A stretch of DNA of 64,000 nt from Clostridia bacterium (GCA_017464805.1 JAFTYE010000010.1:75047-139046), one strand, 5' to 3'. Numbered from the stretch's first letter, positions 26,669-34,965 are shown. Numbers and translations are program-made. The notes: generated by a model not told the origin, from the letters alone.

Positions 26669-26697
26669 ATTATATCATAATTATGGAAAAATATCAA
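26669..26697 (-). promoter_or_regulatory. Promoter of leader RNA copy A
   Basis: Minus strand: TTGATA (26697-26692), 17 nt, TATAAT (26674-26669), with TGa extension. Confidence 0.65.
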
Positions 26698-26706
26698 TCC
26701 CCCCCG

Positions 26707-26738
26707 AAAAAAAGTTCCCCACCGCACGGGCGATGGGG
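26707..26738 (-). terminator. Intrinsic terminator of the malic enzyme gene
   Basis: Minus strand: CCCCATCGC-CCGT-GCGGTGGGG followed by AACTTTTTTT. Confidence 0.7.
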
Positions 26739-26760
26739 AATAAATCTTGATTTTTGAGGC

Positions 26761-27933
26761 TTATTTGCGGGCAACGCCCGTTTTCCGGGCCGCCTCGATG
26801 ACCGCGTCGGCCACCACGCGCGACACGCGCTTGTCCAGCGCAGGCGGGATGATATTCTCTGCCGACAGCTCGTCCTCGGAGATCAGTGCGGCGAGGGCAT
26901 AGGAGGTCGCCACCTTCATCTCCTCGTTGATGCAGGATGCACGGCAGTCCAACGCACCACGGAAAATGCCGGGGAAGGCCAGCACGTTGTTGATCTGGTT
27001 CGGGTAGTCCGAGCGACCCGTGCCGACCACCGCCGCCCCGGCGGAAAGGGCCTCCTCGGGCATGATCTCGGGGGTAGGGTTGGCCATGGGGAACACGATC
27101 GCCCCCTTCGCCATCGAAGCCACCATCTCGCGGTTTACAACGCCCGGGGCACTGACACCGATAAACACATCCGCTCCCTGCATCGCGTCGGCAAGACTGC
27201 CGTGCAGAAGCTCCTCGTTCGTAATCTCGGCGATTGCACGGTGCGCCTCGTGCAAACTCTCGTCATCACGCGAAAGAATGCCGAAACGGTCCACCATCAT
27301 CAGATGGCGTACACCTACGTTTAAGAGGTGCCGTCCGATGGCAATCCCCGCGCTGCCCGCGCCGTTGATGACCACGCGCACCTCGTCGATCTTCTTGGAA
27401 ACCACCTTCAAGGCGTTGAGCAAGGCCGCCGCCACCACGATGGCGGTGCCGTGCTGGTCGTCGTGGAAAACGGGAATGTCGCAGATCTCCTTGAGGCGTC
27501 GTTCGATCTCAAAGCAACGCGGTGCGGCAATGTCCTCCAGATTGATACCCCCGAAGGAGCCCGAAAGCAGATAAACCGTGCGCACGATCTCGTCCACGTC
27601 CTTCGAGCGGATGCAGAGAGGGAAGGCATCCACATCGGCAAATTCCTTAAACAGGGCACACTTGCCCTCCATCACGGGCATGCCTGCCTCGGGGCCGATG
27701 TCGCCAAGGCCGAGCACAGCCGTGCCATCCGTGACCACCGCAACCAGATTGCTGCGGCGGGTCAGCTCATAGGATTTGTTCACGTCCTTCTCGATTGCAA
27801 GACAAGGCTCGGCAACACCGGGCGTATAGGCAAGCGAAAGATCCTGCCGATCCTCGACCCGCACGCGGGAGATCACCTCGATTTTGCCGCCCCATTCATA
27901 ATGCTTTTGCAACGATTCTTCACGAATTCCCAT
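26761..27933 (-). CDS. NAD(P)-dependent malic enzyme (oxaloacetate-decarboxylating malate dehydrogenase)
   Basis: 390 aa. [29 protein letters not shown] and [11 protein letters not shown] (Rossmann). Confidence 0.92.
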   Translation of the reverse strand: MGIREESLQKHYEWGGKIEVISRVRVEDRQDLSLAYTPGVAEPCLAIEKDVNKSYELTRRSNLVAVVTDGTAVLGLGDIGPEAGMPVMEGKCALFKEFADVDAFPLCIRSKDVDEIVRTVYLLSGSFGGINLEDIAAPRCFEIERRLKEICDIPVFHDDQHGTAIVVAAALLNALKVVSKKIDEVRVVINGAGSAGIAIGRHLLNVGVRHLMMVDRFGILSRDDESLHEAHRAIAEITNEELLHGSLADAMQGADVFIGVSAPGVVNREMVASMAKGAIVFPMANPTPEIMPEEALSAGAAVVGTGRSDYPNQINNVLAFPGIFRGALDCRASCINEEMKVATSYALAALISEDELSAENIIPPALDKRVSRVVADAVIEAARKTGVARK

Positions 27934-27945
27934 AATGTATTCTCC

Positions 27946-29316
27946 TTAAATCATCTCTTCCGGCTTAAAATAGCGATCAAAATCCTCGGCAGATAAGAAA
28001 CCGAGGCTCATGCATGCCTCGCGCAGGGTTACGTTGTCCTTGTGCGCCAGATGCACCGTGCGTGCCGCATTCTCGTAGCCGATGTGCGGCGTAAGGGCCG
28101 TTACCGTCATCAGCGAGCCGTGCAGATTTTCGTGCATTTTCTCCGCGTTCGCGCGAATGCCGCGTACACAGTTCTTTTCAAAGGAAATACAAACGTCCGA
28201 AAGCAGGCGCACCGATTGTAGGTAGTTGTAGATGCACACGGGCATAAAAACATTCAGCTCGAAGTTGCCCTGCGAGGCCGCCATGCCGACTGCTACGTCG
28301 TTTGCCATGACCTGCACCGCCACCATCGTCACCGCCTCGCATTGCGTGGGGTTGACCTTGCCGGGCATAATGGAGGAGCCGGGCTCGTTCTCGGGAATGA
28401 ATATCTCTCCAATTCCACAACGCGGACCGCTTGCCAGCCAGCGGATATCGTTTGCGATCTTCATAAGATCGGCAGCCAGAGCCTTCAGCGCACCGTGACC
28501 CATGACCAGCTCGTCCTTGGAGGTCAATGCGTGAAACTTGTTTTCCGCCGTGAGGAACTCCGTTCTCGTGATGCGCGAGATCTCCTCGGCTACCGCCACG
28601 TCAAAGCCCGCAGGGGCATTCAGTCCCGTGCCGACCGCCGTCGCACCGAGTGTCAGCCGCCGTAGGTAGGGAAGCGTTGCCTCGATCATCTCCATGTCTC
28701 GTTCAAGCGAGGCGCGCCAGCCGCTAATCTCCTGCGAAAAGGAGATGGGAGTCGCATCCTGTAAATGCGTGCGTCCGCTTTTGACGATGCCCTCATTCGC
28801 TTTTTCAAGCTCCAAAAATGTTAAAATCAGAGCTTTAATGGAGGGCAGAAGTGATTTTTCGGTTTCCGTCACCGCTGCAATATGCATGGCGGTCGGGAAG
28901 GTGTCGTTTGAGGATTGGGACATGTTCACGTCGTCGTTCGGGTGAAGCAGGCGTGTCCCTGCCAGCTCGTTACCACGGTTCGCGATCACCTCGTTTGCGT
29001 TCATGTTGCTCTGCGTGCCGCTGCCCGTCTGCCATACGACAAGCGGGAAGTGCTCGTCGAGGACCCCGTTCATGACCTCGGTCGCGGCGGCCTCGATGGC
29101 GGCCAGCTTTTCCCCCGTCATGCGGGCAGGACAAAGACGCGCGTTTACACGCGCACAGGCTAGCTTCATCACGCCAAAGGCATGGATCACGGCTGTCGGC
29201 ATCCTCTCCTCGCCGATGCGAAAGTTCTCCGTGCTCCGCTGGGTCTGTGCGCCGAAGTAGCGGTCCACCGACACGCGCACCTCGCCCATTGAATCGTGTT
29301 CTATCCGATAATCCAC
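27946..29316 (-). CDS. fumC: Class II fumarate hydratase
   Basis: GTG start at 29316, 7 nt after GGAGGA (VDYRIEHDSMGEV...). GSSIMPGKVNPTQCEA signature. The tracked N-terminal extension has no homology-like sequence. Confidence 0.92.
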   Translation of the reverse strand: MDYRIEHDSMGEVRVSVDRYFGAQTQRSTENFRIGEERMPTAVIHAFGVMKLACARVNARLCPARMTGEKLAAIEAAATEVMNGVLDEHFPLVVWQTGSGTQSNMNANEVIANRGNELAGTRLLHPNDDVNMSQSSNDTFPTAMHIAAVTETEKSLLPSIKALILTFLELEKANEGIVKSGRTHLQDATPISFSQEISGWRASLERDMEMIEATLPYLRRLTLGATAVGTGLNAPAGFDVAVAEEISRITRTEFLTAENKFHALTSKDELVMGHGALKALAADLMKIANDIRWLASGPRCGIGEIFIPENEPGSSIMPGKVNPTQCEAVTMVAVQVMANDVAVGMAASQGNFELNVFMPVCIYNYLQSVRLLSDVCISFEKNCVRGIRANAEKMHENLHGSLMTVTALTPHIGYENAARTVHLAHKDNVTLREACMSLGFLSAEDFDRYFKPEEMI

Positions 29317-29349
29317 GTCCGCGTCCTCCGTCCGTTTTCTTTTTGCCTT

Positions 29350-29378
29350 ATTATAGCACGCAAAGCAGAAGAATGCAA
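29350..29378 (-). promoter_or_regulatory. Promoter of fumC-malic enzyme
   Basis: Minus strand: TTGCAT (29378-29373), 17 nt, TATAAT (29355-29350), with TGc extension. Confidence 0.55.
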
Positions 29379-29428
29379 GGCAAATTCGGCAAAAACCCGC
29401 CACCGACGTAAAAAATCCCAAAAAGTTC

Positions 29429-29457
29429 TTTACAAGGCGAAAATCTTGTGTTACAAT
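29429..29457 (+). promoter_or_regulatory. Promoter of asnA
   Basis: TTTACA (29429-29434), 17 nt, TACAAT (29452-29457), with TGt extension. Confidence 0.55.
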
Positions 29458-29489
29458 ATAGTGTATTACAGTTAAAGAGGAAACGGATT

Positions 29490-30491
29490 ATGAGTCTTCA
29501 AATTCCGAAAAACTACCGATCACTGCTTTCGCTCCGCGAAACCGAGATCGCCATCAAAAAGGTCAAGGATTTCTTTGAACGTGAGTTGGCCGCAGCCCTC
29601 GACTTGACGCGCGTGTCCGCACCCGTGTTCGTTGATAGCAACAGCGGTCTAAACGACAACCTCAACGGCACCGAACGTCCCGTATCCTTCGATCTGCTCA
29701 CAGGTGAGCAGCTTGAGATCGTGCACTCGCTTGCCAAGTGGAAGCGAGTGGCCCTCAAAACCTATGGTTTCTCGTCGGGGGAGGGACTTTATACCGACAT
29801 GAACGCCATCCGCCGCGATGAAGATCTGGACAACATCCACTCCATGTACGTGGATCAGTGGGATTGGGAAAAGATCATCGAAAAGTCCGAGCGCACCCAA
29901 GAAACGCTGCACGACATCGTGCGCCGTATCTACTCCGTTCTTTGCAAAACCGAGGATTATATCGTGGCAGAACACACCTTCATCCAAAAAATCCTGCCCG
30001 AAGAGATCACCTTCATCACCGCGCAGGAGTTGGAGGACGAGTATCCCGACAAGACCGCCAAGGAGCGGGAATACGTCGCCGCCCGTCGATACGGAGCTAT
30101 TTTCCTCGAGGGCATCGGCGGCAACCTGAGGAGCGGCAAGCCGCACGACGGTCGCGCCCCCGACTACGACGATTGGTCGCTCAACGGCGATATCATCGTC
30201 TATTACCCCACTCTTGACATCGCCCTCGAGCTTTCCTCCATGGGTATCCGCGTGGACGAGGAAAGCATGCGCCGTCAGCTTGCTGCCCGCGCCTGTGAGG
30301 ATCGCGCAAGCCTACCCTTCCACCGCGCTCTCTTGAACGGGGAGCTGCCCTACACCGTGGGCGGCGGCATCGGTCAATCGCGGCTTTGCATGTTCTTCTT
30401 GCATAAGGCGCATATCGGTGAGGTACAGGCCTCCTACTGGTCATCCGAGATGATCAAGATTTGCCATGAAAATGGCATAGAACTGCTTTGA
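29490..30491 (+). CDS. asnA: Aspartate--ammonia ligase (asparagine synthetase A)
   Basis: ATG 29490 after AAAGAGGAAA. MSLQIPKNYRSLLSLRETEIAIKKVKDFFE... and GGGIGQSRLCMFFL are typical of AsnA. Confidence 0.92.
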   Translation: MSLQIPKNYRSLLSLRETEIAIKKVKDFFERELAAALDLTRVSAPVFVDSNSGLNDNLNGTERPVSFDLLTGEQLEIVHSLAKWKRVALKTYGFSSGEGLYTDMNAIRRDEDLDNIHSMYVDQWDWEKIIEKSERTQETLHDIVRRIYSVLCKTEDYIVAEHTFIQKILPEEITFITAQELEDEYPDKTAKEREYVAARRYGAIFLEGIGGNLRSGKPHDGRAPDYDDWSLNGDIIVYYPTLDIALELSSMGIRVDEESMRRQLAARACEDRASLPFHRALLNGELPYTVGGGIGQSRLCMFFLHKAHIGEVQASYWSSEMIKICHENGIELL

Positions 30492-30502
30492 GAGGTATCA
30501 CT

Positions 30503-31516
30503 ATGAAAAACGGTATCGCCATTGCCGGCACCATCGTGGCCGATGTTGTCAAAACGATCGACGAATTCCCGGAAAAGGGCATGCTCACCAGCATTCGCTC
30601 GGTATCGCCTGCCGTGGGCGGCTGTGTACCGAACACCCTTATCGACCTGGCCAAGATCGACCCCACCATTCCCCTGTACGCCTACGGCTCGGTGGGTGAC
30701 GACGATTATGCCACCTTCGTCTGCAACGCGATGAAAAAGGTCGGCATCAACGTGGACGGCGTGAAGCACGAAAAGGGTCAGCTGACGGGATTTACCGACG
30801 TTATGACCGTAGCAGGCACGGGGGAGCGAACATTCTTCACCATGCGCGGTGCGAACTCCGCCTTTGATCCCAATGAGGATTTTCTCTTTGATATCGGGGC
30901 CGATATCCTGCACGCGGGTTACATCCTGCTTGCGGACGGATTTGACGCCGAGGATCCCGAATACGGTACTCACCTTGCCCGTCTCCTCGCGGCGGCGCAA
31001 AGCAGAGGCATCCGCACCTCCGTGGACGTAGTCAGCAGCACGGGCAACCTCTTCCGTGCCAAGGTGCTTCCCGCCCTGCGCTACTGCGACTATGCCATCA
31101 TGAATGAGATCGAGTCCTGTGGTGCCGCAGGCCTGGATGCCCGCGACGCGGACGGTAAGCTGATCGTCGCCAATGTCGAAAAGGCCATCTATGCCATGTT
31201 CGAGGCAGGCGTGCGCGACACCGTCGTCGTCCATTGTCCCGAGGGCGGTTTTATCTGCCGCCGTGGCGGTCAGATTACCGCCGTTCCCTCGCTGGATCTG
31301 CCCAAGGGATACATCAAGGGAAGCGTCGGCGCGGGCGACGCCTTCTGCGCCGCTACTCTGTACGGCCTGTACATGGGCTTTGATGATGAAAAAATCCTCT
31401 CCTTCGCCTCTGCCGCCGCAGCATGCAATCTTTCTGCCGCCGACTCGGTCAGCGGCATGAAGAGCCGCGCCGAGATTGAGGAAATGGAAAGAACCTACTC
31501 GAAGCAATCCTGGTGA
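30503..31516 (+). CDS. PfkB-family carbohydrate kinase
   Basis: ATG 30503 (MKNGIAIAGTIVADV...). C-terminal GAGDAFCAA is the PfkB signature 2. Confidence 0.85.
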   Translation: MKNGIAIAGTIVADVVKTIDEFPEKGMLTSIRSVSPAVGGCVPNTLIDLAKIDPTIPLYAYGSVGDDDYATFVCNAMKKVGINVDGVKHEKGQLTGFTDVMTVAGTGERTFFTMRGANSAFDPNEDFLFDIGADILHAGYILLADGFDAEDPEYGTHLARLLAAAQSRGIRTSVDVVSSTGNLFRAKVLPALRYCDYAIMNEIESCGAAGLDARDADGKLIVANVEKAIYAMFEAGVRDTVVVHCPEGGFICRRGGQITAVPSLDLPKGYIKGSVGAGDAFCAATLYGLYMGFDDEKILSFASAAAACNLSAADSVSGMKSRAEIEEMERTYSKQSW

Positions 31517-31519
31517 TAT

Positions 31520-31556
31520 AACAAGCAGGCGATGTCACGGCATCGCCTGCTTGTTT
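31520..31556 (+). terminator. Hairpin terminator after the PfkB kinase gene
   Basis: AACAAGCAGGCGATG-TCACGG-CATCGCCTGCTTGTT (15-bp stem) with a short T tail (TTT). Confidence 0.6.
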
Positions 31557-31568
31557 ACAAATGCGCTC

Positions 31569-31598
31569 TTGACATTTCTCATCATATTGTGCTACAAT
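31569..31598 (+). promoter_or_regulatory. Promoter of the Cys-rich protein / MacB-type ABC cluster
   Basis: TTGACA (31569-31574), 18 nt, TACAAT (31593-31598), with TGc extension. Confidence 0.55.
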
Positions 31599-31634
31599 GA
31601 CATGCGCAAAGCGAAGAAAAAGGAGGTATCTGCC

Positions 31635-31928
31635 GTGAACAGAAAATATGTGCTCTCTGCCGTACTCGCCTTGCTCGCGCTGGTTTACCTCTTTTCTTTC
31701 TTTACAGGGGTACTGTCAGATTGCGCGCCCGATGCACATGATTGCCGCGGCGACGATTGCTTTATCTGTCTGTGCCTCTCCCTTGCCGAACACGCGGTAG
31801 CTGTTATCGCGGTTTTTGCCGCTCTGCCCCTCTCGTCTCTTTGCTTCAAAAACAAGACTTACCGTGAGGCAGAATGTGATTTTGTGCTCGCAACTCCTGT
31901 TCGCTTAAAGGTAAAGCTCTCGGATTGA
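31635..31928 (+). CDS. Small Cys/His-rich two-TM membrane protein
   Basis: GTG 31635, 6 nt after AAAGGAGGT. 97 aa. A TM helix, then CAPDAHDCRGDDCFICLC, then a second TM helix. First gene of the ABC cluster. Confidence 0.6.
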   Translation: MNRKYVLSAVLALLALVYLFSFFTGVLSDCAPDAHDCRGDDCFICLCLSLAEHAVAVIAVFAALPLSSLCFKNKTYREAECDFVLATPVRLKVKLSD

Positions 31929-31940
31929 TACAAAAAGCAC

Positions 31941-31962
31941 AGCCTGCTCCGCAGGCTTTTTC
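31941..31962 (+). terminator. Short hairpin/partial terminator between the small protein and the ABC ATPase
   Basis: AGCCTGC-TCC-GCAGGCT followed by TTTTT. No convincing promoter follows, so read-through into 32020 is likely. Confidence 0.5.
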
Positions 31963-32019
31963 GTGTATGCTTTTTTGTGAAATTCGGGGGTATTTTTATG
32001 CCCTTTTGCAATCGGAGGA

Positions 32020-32664
32020 ATGATGATTACAGTCAAAGGCGTGGTCAAACGCTTTCAAAACGAAACCGCCATTCGGTACCGGGACATGGTATTTGAGGAT
32101 GGCAAAAGCTATATGCTGCTCGGTGCATCGGGCTGCGGTAAATCTACCCTGCTCAATATGATCGCGGGGATCCTCTCTCCCGAAGAGGGAAGCATCCTGA
32201 TCGGCGATGAGGATATGACAAAGAAAAGTCAAAAGGAAAAGGATAAATTCCGCATTGAGAGGATCGGCTACATTTTTCAGGATTTCAAGCTGATCCCCGA
32301 GATGACGGTCATGGATAACATCAATATCCTGCGCCTTGAACGGGTAGACACCTCAGGCGCGGACGGAACACTTGCCGCCCTCGGTATGTTGGATAAGAAG
32401 AATAAAAAGGTCAAGCACCTCTCGGGCGGTGAGAAGCAGCGTGTGGCGATCGCCCGCGCCATCGTCAAAAAGCCCGAGATCATCCTCGCGGACGAGCCTA
32501 CGGGCAACCTCAACTTCGAGATCGGCGAGGCGGTCATCCGTCAGCTCATGGAGATCTCTCGTGGCAAAACCCTCATCGCCGTCACGCATGACGAGCGGCT
32601 TGCCAAATATTTCGACTGCACCGTCGACATGAACGAGGTAACGGGGGGTGACGGAAATGTTTAA
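32020..32664 (+). CDS. ABC transporter ATP-binding protein (MacB/LolD-type)
   Basis: 214 aa. [10 protein letters not shown] (Walker A), [25 protein letters not shown]. Confidence 0.9.
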   Translation: MMITVKGVVKRFQNETAIRYRDMVFEDGKSYMLLGASGCGKSTLLNMIAGILSPEEGSILIGDEDMTKKSQKEKDKFRIERIGYIFQDFKLIPEMTVMDNINILRLERVDTSGADGTLAALGMLDKKNKKVKHLSGGEKQRVAIARAIVKKPEIILADEPTGNLNFEIGEAVIRQLMEISRGKTLIAVTHDERLAKYFDCTVDMNEVTGGDGNV

Positions 32665-33823
32665 GTTTGCCCTGAAAAACATGGCGATCAAGCGCGCCAA
32701 AATTATCCTGATCGTCATTTCGATCGTGATTTCCGCCTCGGTTGCGATCCTCGCTTATAACGTGTCGGAGCAGGTGGACGACGGCGTGAAAAGTACCGCC
32801 GCCTACTACGATATGATCATCGGTCCGTCGGGCAGCTCTACCCAGCTTGCCATGAACACCATGTTCTTTACCGAAGCACCCCTTGGCACGATCTCCTACG
32901 AATACGTCGAGGCGCTCGAAAAGGATATGCGCGTCAACCTTGTTGTGCCCTTTACCATGGGTGACTCCTACAATGCCGCCAAGATCGTCGGTACGACCCC
33001 CGATTTCCTGACAGACAAGGAGCTTGACGAGGGCGAGATGTTTGATGCGACCTACGAGGCAGTGCTGGGTGCGGCGGTTGCCGAAAGGTACGGTCTTTCC
33101 GTGGGCTCGAAAATGGTCACCTCTCACGGGCTATCCGAGGGCGGACACGCCCACGAGGCTACGCCCCTGACCGTCGTCGGCATCCTTGATAAGACCAAAA
33201 CCGCCTACGACAACGTCATCTTCACAGACGTGGAAACCGTGTGGGCGACCCACGACCACAGCGGGGAAGGGGAGCACGAGCACGAGGAGCATGGCGAGAT
33301 CTGCGCCATCTTGGTGAAATCCAAGAGCTTTAACAGCTATTCGCAGCTCAAAAGCGAGTATAGCGAAAAAAGCGGCCTTCTTGTCATCAACCCGTCCGAG
33401 GTGCTGCGCGAGGTGCTTGAAAACGTGGATATGAGCTCGCAGATCGTGTATATCCTCTGCATCATCATTCTCATTATGAACATCTTTATCATATCGGTGA
33501 TTACGCTTCTCAATATGTACGACTCCAAAAAGGAGATCGCCCTGATGCGCCTCATCGGCATCGGTATGAATAAGATCAATCTGCTCTATATCATCCAAAA
33601 TGGTATTATCGGACTGATCTCTACCTTGCTTGCCTTCGGTGCCTCTCGCCTCTGCCTCTCTCTTATGGGCGGCTACGTGGCATCCATGGGCATCGTGCTC
33701 GACACCGCGCGCATTTATTCTATGGAGCTTGTGATCATGGCAGTGGTGTTCGTCATCAGCGTCCTGCCCACCGTGATCTGCACCCTGAATATGTCAAGAA
33801 AGGACGGCATCGGAGAATCGTGA
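32648..33823 (+). CDS. FtsX/MacB-type ABC transporter permease with His/Glu-rich extracytoplasmic insert
   Basis: 391 aa. TM1, a large extracytoplasmic domain, then 3 C-terminal TM helices (FtsX fold). HGLSEGGHAHE and THDHSGEGEHEHEEHGE lie in the external domain. Overlaps both neighbouring genes. Confidence 0.85.
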   Translation: MTEMFKFALKNMAIKRAKIILIVISIVISASVAILAYNVSEQVDDGVKSTAAYYDMIIGPSGSSTQLAMNTMFFTEAPLGTISYEYVEALEKDMRVNLVVPFTMGDSYNAAKIVGTTPDFLTDKELDEGEMFDATYEAVLGAAVAERYGLSVGSKMVTSHGLSEGGHAHEATPLTVVGILDKTKTAYDNVIFTDVETVWATHDHSGEGEHEHEEHGEICAILVKSKSFNSYSQLKSEYSEKSGLLVINPSEVLREVLENVDMSSQIVYILCIIILIMNIFIISVITLLNMYDSKKEIALMRLIGIGMNKINLLYIIQNGIIGLISTLLAFGASRLCLSLMGGYVASMGIVLDTARIYSMELVIMAVVFVISVLPTVICTLNMSRKDGIGES

Positions 33824-34722
33824 AACGGATCTTGTCGCTCATTCTTATCAGCCTTATGATATGTCCTCTTTTTGTTGCTTGCAGCGGCGAAGATTCCGCG
33901 CAGCTCCTCAGCTTCGCACAGGCGCAGAGCGTAGAGGAAATGCAAAAGCTGGACGGTAAGCGCGTGACGATCATTGGCTATATGTCCACCCTGTCCCCTG
34001 TGTCGGGCAAATTCATGTATCTGATGAATCTGCCCTATCAGAGCTGTCCGTTCTGTATCCCGAATACCACGCAGCTCTCCAACACCATCGCGGTCTACGC
34101 AAAAAGCCAGGACGGCTTCGAATTTACCGATCGCGCGATCCGCGTGACGGGTATATTGGATTTTGATAACTATACCGATGAATTTGGGTATGAGTACAGC
34201 TACCGCATCAAGGATGCGACCTATACCGTGCTGGACACCTCGGATATGCCCGAGGAGCTTCGCCTCTGGCAGCAGCTCGCCTCTACCGATGTGATCAGCG
34301 AGGTCTATTCGATGTTTGACTACGTAAGCTTCCTCTGCCATTGGACCTCCTATACGGCGCAGTTTCAGGAAGGCAAGGACTACCTCTATCCGAGCAACGC
34401 TCTCTACTTTATCGAAACAGAGGGCGCGCAGTTCAACTACGGCTTCCGTGACGGATATTTTGACAAGATGATCGGAACGATCAATGAGGTAGACCCCGAA
34501 GCCTTTGCCGAGCTGACCGCGATCGTCGAGCGCGCCAAGGCACTCGCCGGCCGTGCCTACGGAGCGCTGAAAAACGGCGACTATTATACCACCAAAGAAT
34601 ATGATAATGTCTTTGGGGACGGTCGCTTGCAATACAAGATGAACGATGCGGATTCCTTTGCCGCAGAAATGAATTCTGTTTTTGCAAGCTTCTCCTCTTG
34701 GCTTGCCGATTGGGAAATATAA
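33820..34722 (+). CDS. Lipoprotein with an N-terminal DUF3299-like (OB-fold-type) CPFC segment
   Basis: GTG start overlapping the permease stop (GTGA). Lipobox LFVAC|SG. KFMYLMNLPYQSCPFCIPNTTQ resembles the DUF3299 core (F-L-L-V-P...C.H.PPPP). Confidence 0.65.
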   Translation: MKRILSLILISLMICPLFVACSGEDSAQLLSFAQAQSVEEMQKLDGKRVTIIGYMSTLSPVSGKFMYLMNLPYQSCPFCIPNTTQLSNTIAVYAKSQDGFEFTDRAIRVTGILDFDNYTDEFGYEYSYRIKDATYTVLDTSDMPEELRLWQQLASTDVISEVYSMFDYVSFLCHWTSYTAQFQEGKDYLYPSNALYFIETEGAQFNYGFRDGYFDKMIGTINEVDPEAFAELTAIVERAKALAGRAYGALKNGDYYTTKEYDNVFGDGRLQYKMNDADSFAAEMNSVFASFSSWLADWEI

Positions 34723-34763
34723 TAGAAGAAGCCGTGCGGCTATGCCGCACGGCTTCTTCTATT
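34721..34763. terminator. Bidirectional hairpin between convergent lipoprotein and RHH genes
   Basis: Perfect 20-bp stem AATAGAAGAAGCCGTGCGGC-TAT-GCCGCACGGCTTCTTCTATT. Overlaps both stop codons. Confidence 0.7.
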
Positions 34764-34947
34764 CCTTCTGCTCCCGCAGCTTGCTTTGCTCCTCACGGTG
34801 ATTTTGCACGTATTCGCGGACGGCGCGCTCAATCATTGCGGTCTTGGTCTGTCCCACATCCTCACAAAATTCTTCCATCATGTCGTAGATCTCGACGGCG
34901 ATCTGACAATTCAGTGCCCGCGCTATCTTGGTCTTTTGTTTTTTCAT
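34759..34947 (-). CDS. Small ribbon-helix-helix (CopG/Arc/MetJ-like) protein
   Basis: ATG 34947 after GAGGTGA. 62 aa: MKKQKTKIARALNCQIAVEIYDMMEEFCEDVGQTKTAMIERAVREYV, a beta-alpha-alpha pattern. The tracked N-terminal extension crosses a terminator and is rejected. Confidence 0.7.
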   Translation of the reverse strand: MKKQKTKIARALNCQIAVEIYDMMEEFCEDVGQTKTAMIERAVREYVQNHREEQSKLREQKE

Positions 34948-34965
34948 CTGTGTCACCTCGCTTGC

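Noticed and set aside
26515-26727. Tracked ORFs inside the leader-RNA regions: 26515-26727 (-), 26380-26661 (+), 34928-35284 (+), and the N-terminal extensions of 25875-26588 and 34759-35079.
   Set aside because: They have no RBS and cross intrinsic terminators and promoters. Their translations are unremarkable, and the downstream genes have strong RBS-linked internal ATGs. A possible 12-aa peptide in copy A (AUGGGGAAGG...) also lacks an SD.
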